From Sminthopsis crassicaudata (Eukaryota), in the NCBI RefSeq assembly GCF_048593235.1, contig NC_133618.1:103571919-103635918 (forward strand): a stretch of 64,000 bases of DNA, given 5' to 3'. Positions 14,801 through 29,489 of this stretch are shown piece by piece. Both the position numbers and the translations under genes were made by a program. Position 1 is the first letter of the stretch; every line of letters starts with the position of its first letter. The notes under the pieces are model-generated. The model saw only the letters and a list, made by a program, of their open reading frames with translations, had not been told where the DNA came from and made no database searches.

Positions 14801-15344
14801 CACTGGTTTAGGAAACTCCTTGATGAGGAAATTCTTCTAATACAGGTTATCACCTTCTCTGTAACTTAAAAGCTCATAGACTGCCTAGAAAATTGATATG
14901 TTAAGTGACTTGCCTATGATGTCATTTCATATCCACTTTCATTGATCTATTTGGTTTGCCACATTAGCTTTATGACTAATTTATTCAGAAAATAAATGTA
15001 GAATCTGTCCCTTTCAAATATAATATATGTAGATAGGTATTTTTAATGAATATATATTTATGGGAACTTTGAGGGAATACAGTTAAAAAATACAGAGGGC
15101 CATTTCAAAATTGGGAGAGTTGGGGCTCTGGATCAGAATGTCGAAAGCATTTTTAATCCTCCAAGAGCAAAAGAAAAATAGAACTTAGTATATAGACAGC
15201 AAAATGAGTTAATTAAAATAGAAAACCACCCAATCGCCCAATTCTCTTCACCACTGGTCTGATTTGGTCTTCAATGATCTCTCCAAGAATAACATCATGT
15301 TGTCAATTTGAATTCGCAGCCCATAGGACCATAGGTCAGGCTCA

Positions 15345-15600
15345 AGGGTGTATAGGACAATAGAGCACCGGGCCTGGAATCAGGAAGAACTGAGGTCAAA
15401 TATTATCTTAGATCTGTATTAATTGGGTGATTATCGGCAAGTCACTTAACCTCTGTTTGCCTCAATTTTCTCAATTATAAAATTCAGGTAATAATAGCCC
15501 CTATCTTGAAGAGTTGTCATGAAGATCAAATGTGATAATATTTGTAAAAAGCATTTAATTATGTGCCTGACACATAGTGGGTGATATATAAATGCTAATT
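15345..15600 (+). mobile_element. MIR/CORE-SINE
   Basis: tagagcaccgggcctggaatcaggaaga...caagtcacttaacctctgtttgcctcaattttctc...tttgtaaaaagcatttaa...atataaatgc. Confidence 0.7.
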
Positions 15601-17414
15601 CCATTCCATTCTCTGCACCGATTTGTGAGGGCCCAAGCACAAGCATTGCTTGTAAAAACTGAATGTACAAATAATTCTTGATTAGTATTTAGGGCAATTT
15701 GTGGATTGTTCAAGCCTTTTATTTCTTTCTCCCATTCTCTCTCTTTAGACTATTTCACTCAGTGTTAATGCTAATTAAAAAAAAAAACAGCAAGGAGAAT
15801 AAAAAGTTAACCCTCAACCCAGTTTATGATGATATTAAAAAAAATCATAAAAGATTATGTAAAGGAAGAAATTAAAAAGAAAATTACAGTGAGACATCTG
15901 AGAATTCCAATTACCCAACCATGCTAATAGCCATGAATGACTTAGAGCTGACTCTGAATATCTTAAAAGGATATTTTCATTGTACTCTTTTTGTAACCTT
16001 TCTTTTTAAATAGCTTTTGTTCTTTGCAGTTTCTCTAGAGAATGTTAAAATGTAAAATTGCTTTCCAGATTTATTCTGCTCATTGGGAAAAATATTGGCT
16101 ATTCTTTTTAGTGCCAAAGAAGCCAAAATCATGGCTTTTTCTCATTTCCTTTTCTACAATACAATCAAGGTTGCAAGATTGCATATTGGAATAGACAATT
16201 AGCTGGTCTGAAAGTCTGGAGGTCCTAGGTTTATGTTCTGCCTCTGACATATAAGGTTGACTTTGAACTTGTCAGTGTTCTAGGCAGCCCACCAAGGTTA
16301 TATAACTTGCAGAGAAGGAGACAGCATTCATTGCTCAAGTTTCTCTTCATGGAAGTTCCCTCATGCAGTAAAATCACAGCTCTCTAAATATGGGGAAGAA
16401 TACTATCCACCACCATCTGCAGACCAGGGAACTGCATTTTAAGGTGTTCCTGCAGCTTCAGGACCAAAACACAAACATGTTCTCCTAATTTTAGGGAATG
16501 TAACTCATCCAGCTCTGAACATTTGGAATAGCTAAATGAGCTTAGTTTCAAGTTGGCTATTTATAAGAGAAACTTTTTGAAGTATGTCACATTTGAGGCC
16601 ATGACTCCAACCATTTGACTTCTAAATTCATTGGATATACACCTTGTCAACTGGAAACTTTATTGTAATATAATCTTTTCATACTCTTCACAGAGATAGT
16701 AGAAACCCTCAACCCTGAATCATTAAAATCTACAAAATATTGTTGTGTAAGAAACAATGCTTTGTTGCTTTGTTGGGGCACGGAGTTAGACTAGATAATT
16801 TAGGAAGAAATTTCTAGTATGAATTGTTATGAATCAAAAATTCTAATTTTGCCTTGAACTGGAAGATCATTTTCTGGTCAATATTTTGTTCTAGCACACA
16901 AACATGATCTTTTTATAGAGTTTAGAAATAAAAGAGAACAAATGGGCATATATGGTCTGTTTGGTGTGTCTTTGCCTCCCTGTTTGCAAGCCTAAGGTAC
17001 AAATTTAGATTTGAGTCCTGGACAGAGGACATGAGTATTCACACTCTGGATCTCATTTAGAACATGGATTTGTTTGCCAATGTCAATTAGCTTTCACTTT
17101 ATTTTTGTGGTAGAAGGTAACATACAAATATGGAAAAGATACATTTGTGGCAATCTTATATTTCTGCAAAGTATTTGCTTCTTCTTAGCAGATACTGAAT
17201 AACATATCATAAGATTGATTTTGTAACAAAGTTACTTCTGTAAAATAGTCAGTCAAAGAAGTGAATCCATATTAATACAACAGTGTTCAACAGATTTTTT
17301 TTTTAGAATCAACTTGAACTTTTGATTAAAATAAAGAAAATAATGAGAGGCATACTTATCATTCTGTAACAAATTGGGAAATTAAAATCTTCTGTCTACT
17401 TTATTTCACCATAA

Positions 17415-17549
<135 letters not shown>

Positions 17550-18195
17550 TAATATGTATGCATTTTTATAATGGAAGATATAAAGAAACAAGAAAAATGA
17601 CAGTTGAAACAATGATTTCTTGTTTAGGAATGTTTAAAATTGCTTTTTTTAATTTCTTCCCAGGTTATTTGATATCCCACCAGTGCAGCAAGAGCATTTT
17701 TCTTTCATTTTTCTTTTTCCATTCTTGTAAATCTATTGCTACTAATTAAGATTAGAGGCATGTGTTTTTCCCCTTCATTTTCTCCATCTAAGGCTCACCA
17801 CTAGGGATTCCTTTCCTTCCAATCCTACATATCTTTTCTACTCTACAAAGCTATTTTTGAAATGAATGAGCCATATTTTTCCCCTGACTGAGCTACAACC
17901 TGATTGTAGGTTAAGCACATTTGGAAACTGTTAACTCTTTCAGACACTACCTGGACTAGAGTTTCAGAATATTCAACTGAATCAGAATGGCCTAAAAAGT
18001 GAATTCTGCTTTTGTCCAAAATTGTCTAAGTACTTGTCTAATATACTGCCAGGAAGTGCTTTTAGGCTGTATGAGAATCTGACTTATGTTTGCTATATAG
18101 TGTTGGACAAGACAGGAGGAAATAATAGTGGCAATAGCAATAACAAAGAGAAGGGGGGGAAGCATTTAAATGGTATTTACATGGTACTGGGAGAG

Positions 18196-18445
18196 GAGTT
18201 GGCACAGTTAGATGGGTCAGTTGATATAGCACTGGGCCTGGAATCAGAAAGACCCAAGTTCAAATATGGCTTCATATACTTAACTGTGTGACCCTGGGCC
18301 AGTCACTTAACTTGAATTTGTTTTAATCCACTGGAAAAGGAAATGGCAAACCACTTTACTATCTTTGCCAAGAAAACCCCAGGGTCAGTGTGGTTTACAG
18401 TAACAAAGAGTCAGATATAACTAAATGACTGAACAACAAAAACAA
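18196..18445 (+). mobile_element. MAR1-like CORE-SINE
   Basis: gcactgggcctggaatcagaaagacccaagttcaaat...ggaaaaggaaatggcaaaccactttactatctttgccaagaaaacccc...gactgaacaacaa. Confidence 0.7.
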
Positions 18446-19250
18446 TATGGTGCTTTAAGATTTGGTAATGTTCTTGTCATATTGTGTTTTTCAAAATATT
18501 CCTTCTTGTGAAGAAAGATGTAGGGCAGGTAATCAGTACTTATCAGTCCTATTATTCTTTAATTGAGAGACCCTGGACAAATAATTTGCCCTTTCTCTTC
18601 CTTAATTTGCCAAACTACCTATAAAAGAACCCAAAAGTCTTTGATGTTAATAAATTTGTGGTTTATAAAATGCTTGGAAATCATTAGATGCCAAATGCTA
18701 AAGAAATATGGAATATCGTGGATCATAAATGCTATATTATTTAAATTTAACTATTTTAAAATGCAACAGGATTAATGAAAAGCAGTTGCTAATGTCAAAA
18801 CTGTTCTTCCCTTTAGCTTTTCTTTTTCATTTCTCCCCAAATCCCAATTTGAAGAGCTCTGGCTGATGTCACTTAACTAGTCAAGCCACTTAACTATTCC
18901 ATGCTTCAGAACACTCCAGTTCTGAATCCATGATCCCAACCACCCCTTTTAACAACTGGGCTTCAGGAAAGTTAAATAAGTTGCCTGTATATCCTGCCAC
19001 AATATCCAGGAAATAAAATGAGAATGGGGCAGGTTGAGGCTGTCTTCCTCTCAGATCCATTTTCTTTGAACTTGATCAGGAAGCAGTGGGCCAATGGAAA
19101 AGATGATGGTTCAGATTTGAATAACCTGCCAGTTCTTACATCTATGACTAAACAGATCATTTGACTTTTCCTCATCTCTAAAATAAGGTCTTTGGACTAG
19201 ATTCTTTTGAAACTTTTTCCAGTTTTAAGTCTATAATTATGGATTATATG

Positions 19251-19389
19251 TTTTTTCCCTGAGGTAATTGGAGTTAAGTGACTTACCTAGAGTCACAAGC
19301 TAGGAAGTGTTAAGTGTCTGGGGCAGATTTGAACTTAGATCCCTCTGACTTCAGGGCTGGTGCTCTATCTACTATACAGATGCTGCCCC
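19251..19389 (-). mobile_element. WSINE1-like SINE, older ccaattgcctca-type 3' end
   Basis: ctgaggtaattggagttaagtgactt...ggtgctctatc...gctgcccc; flanking GGATTATA at 19241-19248 and 19391-19398. Confidence 0.75.
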
Positions 19390-19954
19390 AGGATTATAAC
19401 ATATAAAATCTTTTATGATTTGGGATCCAGATTAAATAATTAAGTTTTTAATCACCATAGTCACATCTTGAAATTTTTAGAAAAGGGGACTTTGAAAATA
19501 TTTAATATGTATAATTTTACTAATGGATATTGAGAATGACTAGAGGTCTCAAAACTCTGCATTATTTATTATATAGCTATGGAGAAACTGAATCACAGAC
19601 AGGTTAAGTCATGTCTAAGGTCACATAGCAAGCAATTATCTGAGGCATGATTTGTACTGAGATTTTCCTAATTCCAAACTTCTCACCACCAAACCAGACT
19701 GATGATATCTTCCTTGACTAAAGACAGAGAGGGCATTGGAGCAGGTCATCGCTTAAAAGCTCTACCCTTAAAAGTTTTTAAATTTTTTAAAGTTTATTTT
19801 TAGGCGGGGTGCCAACTATTCATTTTGAATACTCTATGTTTTAGTATCATTCATCACAGTTTCTGATCTGATATCCAGTGAGCACTTGTTTCTTCTGATG
19901 ACAATTTTTTTTTCCTAGTTAGAGGGAATTGTGCTTCATCTGATTGTAATCAGG

Positions 19955-20410
19955 TTGTAGCTTGCTGGACCTGAAGTCAGGAAGGACTGAGGTCAAATAT
20001 GGCCTCAGACACCTACTAGCTGAGTGACCATGAATAAGCCATTGATCTCTGTTTGCCTCAATTCATAAAAAGCACTTAGCACAGTATCTGACATAGAGTA
20101 GGCTCTATATAAATGCTTCTATAGCAGCTAGGTAGCTCAAGGCTATCTAGAGTGCTGGCCTTGGAGTCAAGAAGATTCATTTTCCTGAGTCCAAATTTGG
20201 CCTGACACTTACTAGTTGTGTAACCCTGGATAAGTCATTTAACTTATGCTTCAGTTCCTCATCTGTAAAATGAGCTGGAGAAAGAAATGGCAAATCACTC
20301 CAGTATCTCTGCCAATAAAATCCCAAATGGGATCATGAAGAGTTGGAAACAATGGAATAATAAGAACAACATATAGCAACAACAACTGAACAATAACATA
20401 AAAATGCTTC
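19955..20410 (+). mobile_element. MIR-like SINE with a MAR1-like SINE (about 20122-20400) inserted near its 3' end
   Basis: Two successive CORE segments; aaatgcttc flanks the second element on both sides (about 20111-20119 and 20403-20411). Confidence 0.6.
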
Positions 20411-22679
20411 CCTTTCTGTAGCCACTGCCTGTGTCCACAGTGTGGCTAACTTGGGTTGAGATAACATTCAAGCTTCTCCTTCCATAAACCTTCTTATTTT
20501 GCTATGGGTCTAAAGCAAGGTAAATAGTTCCAAGACTTAAATCCTTCCTGTCCTATTATCACTACCAGTGCTATTGATGGAGTCTTTTAGGTAACTGCAA
20601 AGGGGAACAGTTATAGAGAAAGAAAAATGAATATGCCAAAGATGGAACCTAGAATTTCTCCCTCAACATCTAGTTCACTCACTATGTCCTGGAAAAAATA
20701 AAACAAGCATTTACTAAGCACCTACTATGTGCAAAGCACTGTGCTAAGTATTTTATAAATATTATTTTAATATCTAATATATTTGATATATAACTAATAG
20801 TTATTTTAATATATTAATAAAATATTAACATTTTTATATCACAACAACCCTGGGAGGTAGGTGCTAGTATTAGCCTCCCCATTTTACAGATAAGGAAACT
20901 GATACAAACAAAGTTAAGTGACCTGCTCAGGATCACACAGCTAATAAGTTATAAATGGGAGATTTGCAGTTGGTAGAAGCTAAATTCCAATATCCTGAAA
21001 ACTTTGATTCTTCGAAAAAACCGAAAATTTTCCTAGGGGATTTAGACATGATCATTTTCATTTAAGAGCCAGTCAAGTGACTGAAGTAAGATCTGAACTC
21101 AGGCCTTCATGAACCCAAGCCCAGTGCTCTATAAACTGCACACCTAGCTTCCTTTTTCTTCAGAAAGAATCTACTGGCAAAGAGATCTGATAGTAATAAT
21201 TCAGTGGGAAAGATGGGTCCTCACTATACCTGTACAAAACTTAGGAAAAACAAGAATACATTAGCACCCCAGTCCACTATTTACAAACTCCATAGGGGCA
21301 TTCTGTCAGCTCAATCCAGTTCTCATAGCAGGGTACTATAGCAATGCTAGCATATGCACAGAATAGAATCTATGTTTAGCCCTGCCCATTCTCAAAGGAA
21401 CAAGGAATTTGAAATAAACCTGTACCCCATTATCACAAAGCACTCTGAATAAAATTTGGGCTGTACCTCTGTAATTACACCTCCAAGGGATGAGAGTGAA
21501 TAGAGAATTACAAAAATCTAGGCTACATGCTATTGGAGTGGAACAATCTACATTTTCTCCAGGGAGCAAAATGGGCTTCAATTTTAGCTACATCTTCCTA
21601 ATTTTCTTTAAAAGTTATTTTAAAAGTATTTTTAAAAGTTCTTCTCCAAGGGAGCTGTAATGCCTAGGATACAGATTTTAAATGAAAACGAGCATGTCTA
21701 AATCCCCCAAGAAAATTTAATGCAACTTCTTTTGGTTCTTACTAAGAATCGAAGCCTTCATGCTATTAGAATTTAGCTCCTACCAACTATAAATCTCCCA
21801 TCTGTGCATTTCATGCAAAGTTGTCATCCAAGTGCAAAACTTGTGTATGAGCCAATATAACTTGAACAGCTGGAGAAAAGCCACATGGTAGCCCTCTCCA
21901 GGCCATGAAGTAAATTAAGCAGACAGTAAAAAAGATAAAACATATCTTATGTCTGTGGCAGGTGGGGTGATGACAGGAAGTAAGCAGACAACTAATGGCA
22001 TCTCCATGTAGCAAACACCCAAAATAACCTAGATTAGGATTTACCCAGGATCATTCATCTGGACCAAAAATGAAAACTCTAATCCATTTTCTGCACATTT
22101 TCCAAATACCCAATTTTCTGGCATTGCTTTTAGCAGTGAGCTGAAGTTGTTGCAGAAGGCTGTGAAGTTGTTGCAAAAGGTCTTCAACCCTTTTCAAATC
22201 CAAATAAAAAACCAGATATTGTCATTTTGGCCTTAATTTAGCTCCAACAAAAAGCTATCAAATTCAATGTGGTAAATAAGCAAACATCCATTTTCTGGAC
22301 TAAGAAAATAATAATGATGATTTAGCCAAGAAACAGCTTGGCAGAGTGGAAAAGGGGCTGGCCTCAAAGCAAGGAAGGCCTGGCTTCATGGCTTGTTTCT
22401 GACATAGTGGATGTGTGACCCTTGGCAAATCATTTAATTTTCCATTGATCTGTGCAACTTTCTAAGTGGGAAAGGAAGGAAACAAGAATTTATTAAGAGC
22501 TTACCACATACCAAGTACTATGCTAAGTGCTTTACAAATACTTTCCCATTTGTTCTCTAAAACCCTAAGTGGCAGAAGAAGTGCCAACTTGTACTGGTAG
22601 AAGGAGTTTCCTTACCTGGAAGTTCCTATGTCAATGAAATTATGGCTCTATTTTCTATCCCTAGTAATAATAATAGTGG

Positions 22680-23205
22680 CCAACATTTATATACAGTTTG
22701 CAGTTTACAAAGAGCTTTATATACATTATCTAATTTGATTCTTAGCACAGACCTGTGAAGTGTAATTATTAATTCCATTTTACAGATGAGGAAACTGAGG
22801 CTAAAAATCGTTAAATGATTTACCCAGAGGCACACAGATAGTAAGTATCTGTGTCAGGATTCACACTCATGCCTTATTGATTACAACTCCAGCACTCTAT
22901 CCACTAAAATAGGTCTTAAAAATATTTGAATCATCATTTATTTTTCAAAGGTATATAGATACCATTATGATGAATAAAATACTTGTTCAGTTATATTAAA
23001 TTCTTCATGATGCTTTTGGGAATTTCTTGGCAAAGAATTGAAATGGTTTACCATTTCTATCTTGAGCTCATTTTACAGATGAGGAAGCTGAGGCAAACTG
23101 GATTAAATGACTTTCCAAAGGTCACTCAGCTAATAAGTATCTAAGGCCAAATTTGAACTGACTACCATGTTTGATGCTCTTTACACTGCACCATCTAGCT
23201 TCCCC
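22680..23205 (-). mobile_element. Adjacent MIR (about 22680-22910) and MAR1-like (about 22990-23205) SINEs
   Basis: cattttacagatgaggaaactgagg CORE present twice; the second has gggaatttcttggcaaag...aatggtttaccattt of the MAR1 tail. Confidence 0.65.
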
Positions 23206-23904
23206 AAATAAAATATAGTCTTTTAAAAGTGCTACTGAATTCATAGGAGCTTTTTTCTCATCACATGTTTTACAAATCAAGAGATTCATCATATACAACT
23301 ATACTGTTGTATATGTTTTGACTTTAACAAGATGTTTTTATACTTATAAAAATCAAGAACATGTTCTAGATAAATCTGAATACTTTGCTGCATTTTTCAG
23401 TTTTTATCTAGATGTTTGAGATCATACAAATCTTAGAAAGACTTGGATATGCTTCTTAGAAGCTATTTATGTAGCTTGAGTTACCATTTTAATAGTTAAT
23501 GACCTGATTTATACTTTGCAGCACTGTTCTAGATTTCAAAGTAGAGAAAAAGCTTAAGGTTGTGATCACTTCTCTCTTGGAGTTCACAATGCAGTGGTGT
23601 CCAGAGATAAGGCATATGCACATATAAAAAATAATACAAGACAACTGATTATAAAAAGCATGAGTCAAATAATATATGGATTATGGGTGAGGTCAGAGAT
23701 ACTGACAGGCAATCAGGGAAAACTTCATGGAGAAGATGGCATTCAAACTGGAAAAGTTGAATCTCAATTACGTGGAGGGAATTTAAGGTGTAGGGAAGAG
23801 CAAAAGCTGAAACATATTTCTTAAAAAATGAATGGATAAGTGTAAGAGAAATCAAACAGTCCATTTTTTTCTTTTTTCTTTCTTTGTCTTGGGGGTGGGT
23901 GAAT

Positions 23905-24016
23905 AAGAAGGCAATTTGGATTAAGTGATTTGCCCACAGTCATACAGCTATTAAGTATCTGAGGTTGGATTTGAACTCAGGTGCTCCTGACTGTCTATTG
24001 TGCATCTAGCTGCCAC
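23905..24016 (-). mobile_element. Degenerate WSINE1/CORE-SINE
   Basis: gaggcaatt-like head ttggattaagtgatttgcccacagtcatacagcta...gatttgaactcagg...catctagctgcc. Confidence 0.6.
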
Positions 24017-24261
24017 AATCTATTTTTTTAAAAGAGAAAAAATTAGATTATTGTTAATTTTTTTTAAAGTTAAAGAAGTGGGAGGGGGAGGATTACTCTA
24101 ATTGTGAAATGATTATGGGATGTATGTTCTTTCGGATAACATTACTGTATTATTACATAGTCTTATCTAATTGTTCTACTTTATTGTAAGGGACTCTTAT
24201 CAAGTGCAAGAGTCCTCTGTAAATGGTTGTAGTGTCAAAATAAGATTACACTTTTTTAAAA

Positions 24262-24460
24262 GAATAGATGATATGCATGATAAATATGGAAATATGTTGA
24301 AAAGAATTGCACATGTTTAACCTACATTGTATTACCTACGATCTAGGGGAATAGGGAGGTAGGGAGAGAGGGAGAAAAATTTGGGACACAAGATTTTACA
24401 AGGATGAATGTTGAAAACTATCTTTTCATATATTTGGAAAAATAAAAAGCTATTATAAAA
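24262..24460 (+). mobile_element. LINE-1 3' end fragment
   Basis: atggaaatatgttgaaaagaattgcacatgtttaacctacattg...gaatgttgaaaactatctttt...tggaaaaataaaaagctatt. Confidence 0.7.
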
Positions 24461-24670
24461 ATAGATGATAGTTTAAGCTGTGAGACTTTTAATGAAAAGA
24501 AAGAACAAAAGGAGTATGGGGACAGAATAGAAGAACTATACAAACTTTGGAAATCCATGTGATTGTAGTGAGGGATTACTTAGTATCAAAAAGTTTCCCT
24601 CCAAAATTGAAAATAAAATGTGACAGTGTCTTATTCCTAATATGCTTATTTTCTTTTCTCTCTCCTCTGA

Positions 24671-24865
<195 letters not shown>

Positions 24866-25739
24866 TGACCACTTTTGTTCAATCACATAAATCACTCAGG
24901 TGCTCTATAATTTTTAAATGTAATTTTCATTTTAATTAATTTTAATTAATATAATTTTAATTTTCTATTGTATTTAAGACTAAATCAACATAATAAATTA
25001 TGGTTTATCAAATTCATTTTTGACCTTATAGTTATTTGGGATATCTCAAAAATCATCCACTAATCATTTTTATAGCTTACTTGATTTTTTCAATGTTGTA
25101 CTAAGGAACTAGTACAAAGGGACTAGTTTAGCTCTTTGAAAAAGAAATAAAAATCTAGTTGACTTTCATAAATTGTTGATGTTGCACATAAAATGGTTCC
25201 CTCATTTCCTGAAAAGGTTCGTGTGGCTTTTTTAATTGCCTGACAGTGCCAAAGAGTGGTAAAAATCAGGAAAGAAGCTACCTTACTGAACAATACCTAC
25301 AAGAATAATCTTCAACACATGCACCAAAAATAGAGTATGGGCCAATTTTCAGGTGTTGACACAATCCCTGCCTACCCTTTGAAAAAGTGGCCACTACCTA
25401 ATTGGCACACCCTTCCATCTACCCTTAATTCAGCCTCTGGCTTCTCATGTAGTCAGCACTCACTGTTCTTCACTTCTCCCAAAATGCCCTACTTCCAGCA
25501 TGCCAGAAGAAATGGTATTGCCAACTCCAAAACCGGAATCCTTCAGTAATGAACAACAAAATCTATTTCAATCATTCATAAAGTCTCTTGAAATCTCAGA
25601 ATTAGAGGAGACCTCACATTTCATTTACCATCACCAATACTTAAACAATGGTCCCTACCACAGTATTCTTGGCATGTGGTTCAGTAGTCCTTGATTAAAG
25701 ACATGATACCTACTGCTGCCTGTTCTACTTCTAATAGCT

Positions 25740-26290
25740 AGAGGAAGCTTTTCTTCACATCAAACAGAAATTTGCTTCTCTACATTCTCCCAGTTCTGCT
25801 AATTCTCTCTTTGGAGGCAAAGCAGAGAAAGTCCAATCCCTCTTCCCCATGATACCCCTTCAAGTTCGTGGAACAGCTATTCCCTCTACATCTCTTCTTT
25901 TATAAGGTAAACACATCCCCAGTTTTTTTCAATTGATCTTTGTATGGCATGGTCTCCAGTCACCATCCTGGTCTCTTTCCCTCCACTAAGGATGCTGAGA
26001 ATTGTCAGTGTCATTACTAAAATGTACCAATAGTAAACATAATGCTCCAGATGACACTTATCAGGTCAGAATACAGCCTACCATCTCTTTCATTCTGTAC
26101 ACTATGCCTCTCAACAACATAGTAGCATTTTTCTTGCTTCCATATCACACTGTTCACTTAGTTGAGTTTATAATCTATTAAAATTTATAGATTATTTATG
26201 TGTGTGTGTACTGTCTATCCTGCACCTACCCTTCCATCATGTAGTTGTTTATTTGAACTGTATAGGATTTGATACCTATCTCTACATAAT
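25740..26290 (-). mobile_element. Old CR1/L3-type LINE fragment
   Basis: agagaaagtccaatccctcttcc...ttgatctttgtatggcatggtctccag...aatgctccagatg; similar degenerate segments near 28260-28960 and 56500-56700. Confidence 0.45.
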
Positions 26291-27359
26291 TTTATCTTAT
26301 TAGTTATGTCCCATCATTCTAAGTTCCTTGCAAATAGGAATTACTTTAATCTCTGTCCTTGTATCCCTAGCACCTAGCCCAGTGCCTACTACATACTAAA
26401 TGCTTAATAAATATTTGTTAATCAGTTGGTTGATTCTAGATTGTCAAGAACTTTTGGCTCTCCATTTAGTAGTTGGCCACTCCAGCTTTGTGTTTCTGAA
26501 ATTTTAATGTGTGAATTAAATCTTCATGAAATTCATTAAGAAAAGTGATAAAATAGCACAAAGTCAAAATCAAATCTGTGGAAAATGTCCCTCCAAAGTC
26601 ATATTGACCCATTAATGACTACTTTTTGGGTATAGTCATTAACCAAATTTTGAATCAACTAATCTATTTTGGAGCTTTCATCTCTTTCATTTGCTATACA
26701 AGGACTACATGAAAGACTTTTTTATATATGATTCCCAGCAGATGTCACTGTGGAGGGCCATTTGGATGAATACTTTCTTTATACCTTTCCCTTTGGAGGA
26801 GTAGTTGGAATTGATTTTCTTTAATCAAGCTTATCCTTTCTCCCTTGCCCCCCACTGAACTCCACTCAGAATATATGTGACCTTCTCTTAAGGTTTCAGT
26901 CTATCCCTCTCCCCCATCTTACTTTCAGGATGCTAAAGATAGAGAAAGCCACTTGTACAGGGCAACCTGACTGCTTGGAAATAAGATTAGTTCTAGGATT
27001 TTAATCTAGGGCAAGGGTCCTGGATCCTCATAATTTCTCTTCTCTACAAAGTATAAAAGTATAAAGATACAGATTATTAATAAAATTCATAAGATTGATC
27101 TTCTACTCAATAAGTGATCTATTTTAAATTGTCAGACTAGAAAAATTTTCCAGATAACTGAATTTGATGTAATCAATTATCTACAGATTCCCATCCCATC
27201 TCCCCCAATCACATACACTTTCTATTAGCAAAAACACCAATTAAAGAGGCCACTAAAATTTGTATCTGTATCTAGAAAACCATTATTTTAAAAAATATAT
27301 AAATAATTAGTAAGCAAAATTTAAAATATCAAGGAAACAGTTATAAGATATGCTATTGG

Positions 27360-27635
27360 TTACATAGGGAAGCTAAATAGAGTACCAAACCTGGAACCAG
27401 GAAAATTTATCTTCCTGAGTCCAAATCTGTCCTGAAATACTTACTAGTTATGTGACACTGTCTCAGTTTTTTGATCTGTATAATGAGCTGGAGAAGGAAA
27501 TGGCCAGCCACTCCAGTATCTTTGCTAAAATAAATAAATAAACAAACAAACAAACAAACAAACAAATAAATAAATAAATAAATAAAAAATAAATGGAGTC
27601 ATGAAGAACTAGATATGAGTGAAAACAACTGAACC
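27360..27635 (+). mobile_element. MAR1-like SINE with internal (AAAT)n(AAAC)n expansion at about 27528-27590
   Basis: atgagctggagaaggaaatggccagccactccagtatctttgc[microsatellite]aaatggagtcatgaagaactaga. Confidence 0.7.
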
Positions 27636-29489
27636 ATAAAGAATTGATTGTATACAGCAATAATACAGAAAAAAAGAAATATAAAGGGGAGGAAATACAC
27701 CACTGTTCCAACAATTTCTCTTAGTGGTCATAATCCATCATTGTCTGCTGGAGTCTCACCATCTTACTGAGGAACTAAGGAAAGGAAAAGGTTCCAGCCT
27801 TTGCTAGGTTTAGAGTCATTCTCCTGGAAAGCATCCTCCCTTTGCTATTGCTGCCATTTTTTTCTTTCTGTCTTTCTGTCATTATCTCTGTCTCTATCTG
27901 ACTCTCTGTCTCTCTCTGTCTCTTTCTAAATGTCTCTCAAGAGAGATTTCTCTAGAACATTTCTCCCCCCACCCAGTCTAATTCTGTAATAGTTTCATCT
28001 TTTTATTAACTTGGAAGAAATATTCAAGGGCTCTAAAGATCCCCTGAAAGGATCTAAGACCCTCTTGAAAGATAGACTGTTCCAAACCTTACCAGAAATA
28101 ATGTTAGTTTAAAATCTAGGTAACATGTTAATTTAAAATCTAGGTATACTATGCATGGATCTTCTAGTCTGTCAACCTTAAGAAGAAAATAAGGCTAATT
28201 TGTTGCAAGTAAACTGGCTTTAGTAATTGCTACTTCTTTTCTTAAATGTTCATAAACCATTTCTTTATATACTCTAAAACCTTACCATGATAGAAAATCA
28301 AGCTTGCTGGTCTTGAGTTCAAAGAATCCCCCTTCTTCTCTGTTTTAAAAATTGCACATTTGCCAGTCTTCAGTTTCTGTTCCCTATGATCTCCCTATGT
28401 TCACTGACAGTAAATGCTTAGCAATTATATTTGTCAATTCTTTCCACTTTGACAAGTAGTTGATTTAATCCCAGTGAAAGAGACTCATAAGAGCAGTATT
28501 TTTCTTACTATCTTCAAATTTATTATGTTTTAACTTTTGGAAACCATTTTTGTCCTGTTCTTCCCAATTTGAAGATCATTTGCTTGAATAAGAGTGAAAA
28601 CTGCTTTTTGTCTATCATCCAGGTAATCATGTCTTTTATCATTTTTTATCTTCTTCTTGTCTCCAATATAGGTTTAAAGTCTTTCTATTGAACTTTACAC
28701 TTTTTTGCCATCCTCAGCTCCCTTTTAGTATCAGGTCCCTTCATACTAACAGTCTTTGCCCCTCAATGTTTTTATCTTTTCCCTAAGTTGCAGTTAGCAC
28801 AAACTCTTATATCTCTATCATCCATATATTTTTATTGGTAGAAATTACTTCTGAGTTCATGATGAATAATATCCAGTAGAATATCCTATTGTCTTCATTA
28901 AGGAAGATTTTATTTGTCAAGAACCTTGAGTTATAACAGAACTTTTTATTTAAGTCACAGACTGGATATAAATTTCTTTAGAGAGAAACTAAAAGGCAAT
29001 TGAGATCACCTAGAATCTGTACCTTATATACTGATACTTATATATTGATACTTATATACATCAAAAACATATGGGAACTGTGAAAGTAAACTTTCACACA
29101 AAATGTGTACCTTTTGGATACCACCAATAGACTCTATTATCTGAATAAATCTAATTTTTTTCCATGTATCTAGTTGTTTTTAGTCACACAGAAAGATGCC
29201 TCCATGCCTACAGATATCTAAATTGCTAGTTTAAATCATCTGAATTAATTCTGACTCACTACATTTAAATACCTCTGGGTTATGGTAACCTTTTTAAAAT
29301 ATTTTTGGTTTGTAAGAATTTCAGTTTCTCCATATATAATTTTCAAAGTGTTCCTTAAACAAGCTGCTTTCTCAGAATTATGACCTGAAGGAATTCTGAT
29401 GGAAAATGATAAGCATTAAGTAGGAGGATAAAACAACAACAACAACAAAAAATAAGCTGACTCTAATCTGTAGATTCTTTGTGTTACAG

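Noticed and set aside
28105-29060. Short local tandem duplications (TTTAAAATCTAGGTA twice near 28108-28146; CTTATATA-TGATA units near 29023-29058)
   Set aside because: Ordinary slippage-type duplications in AT-rich intron sequence.
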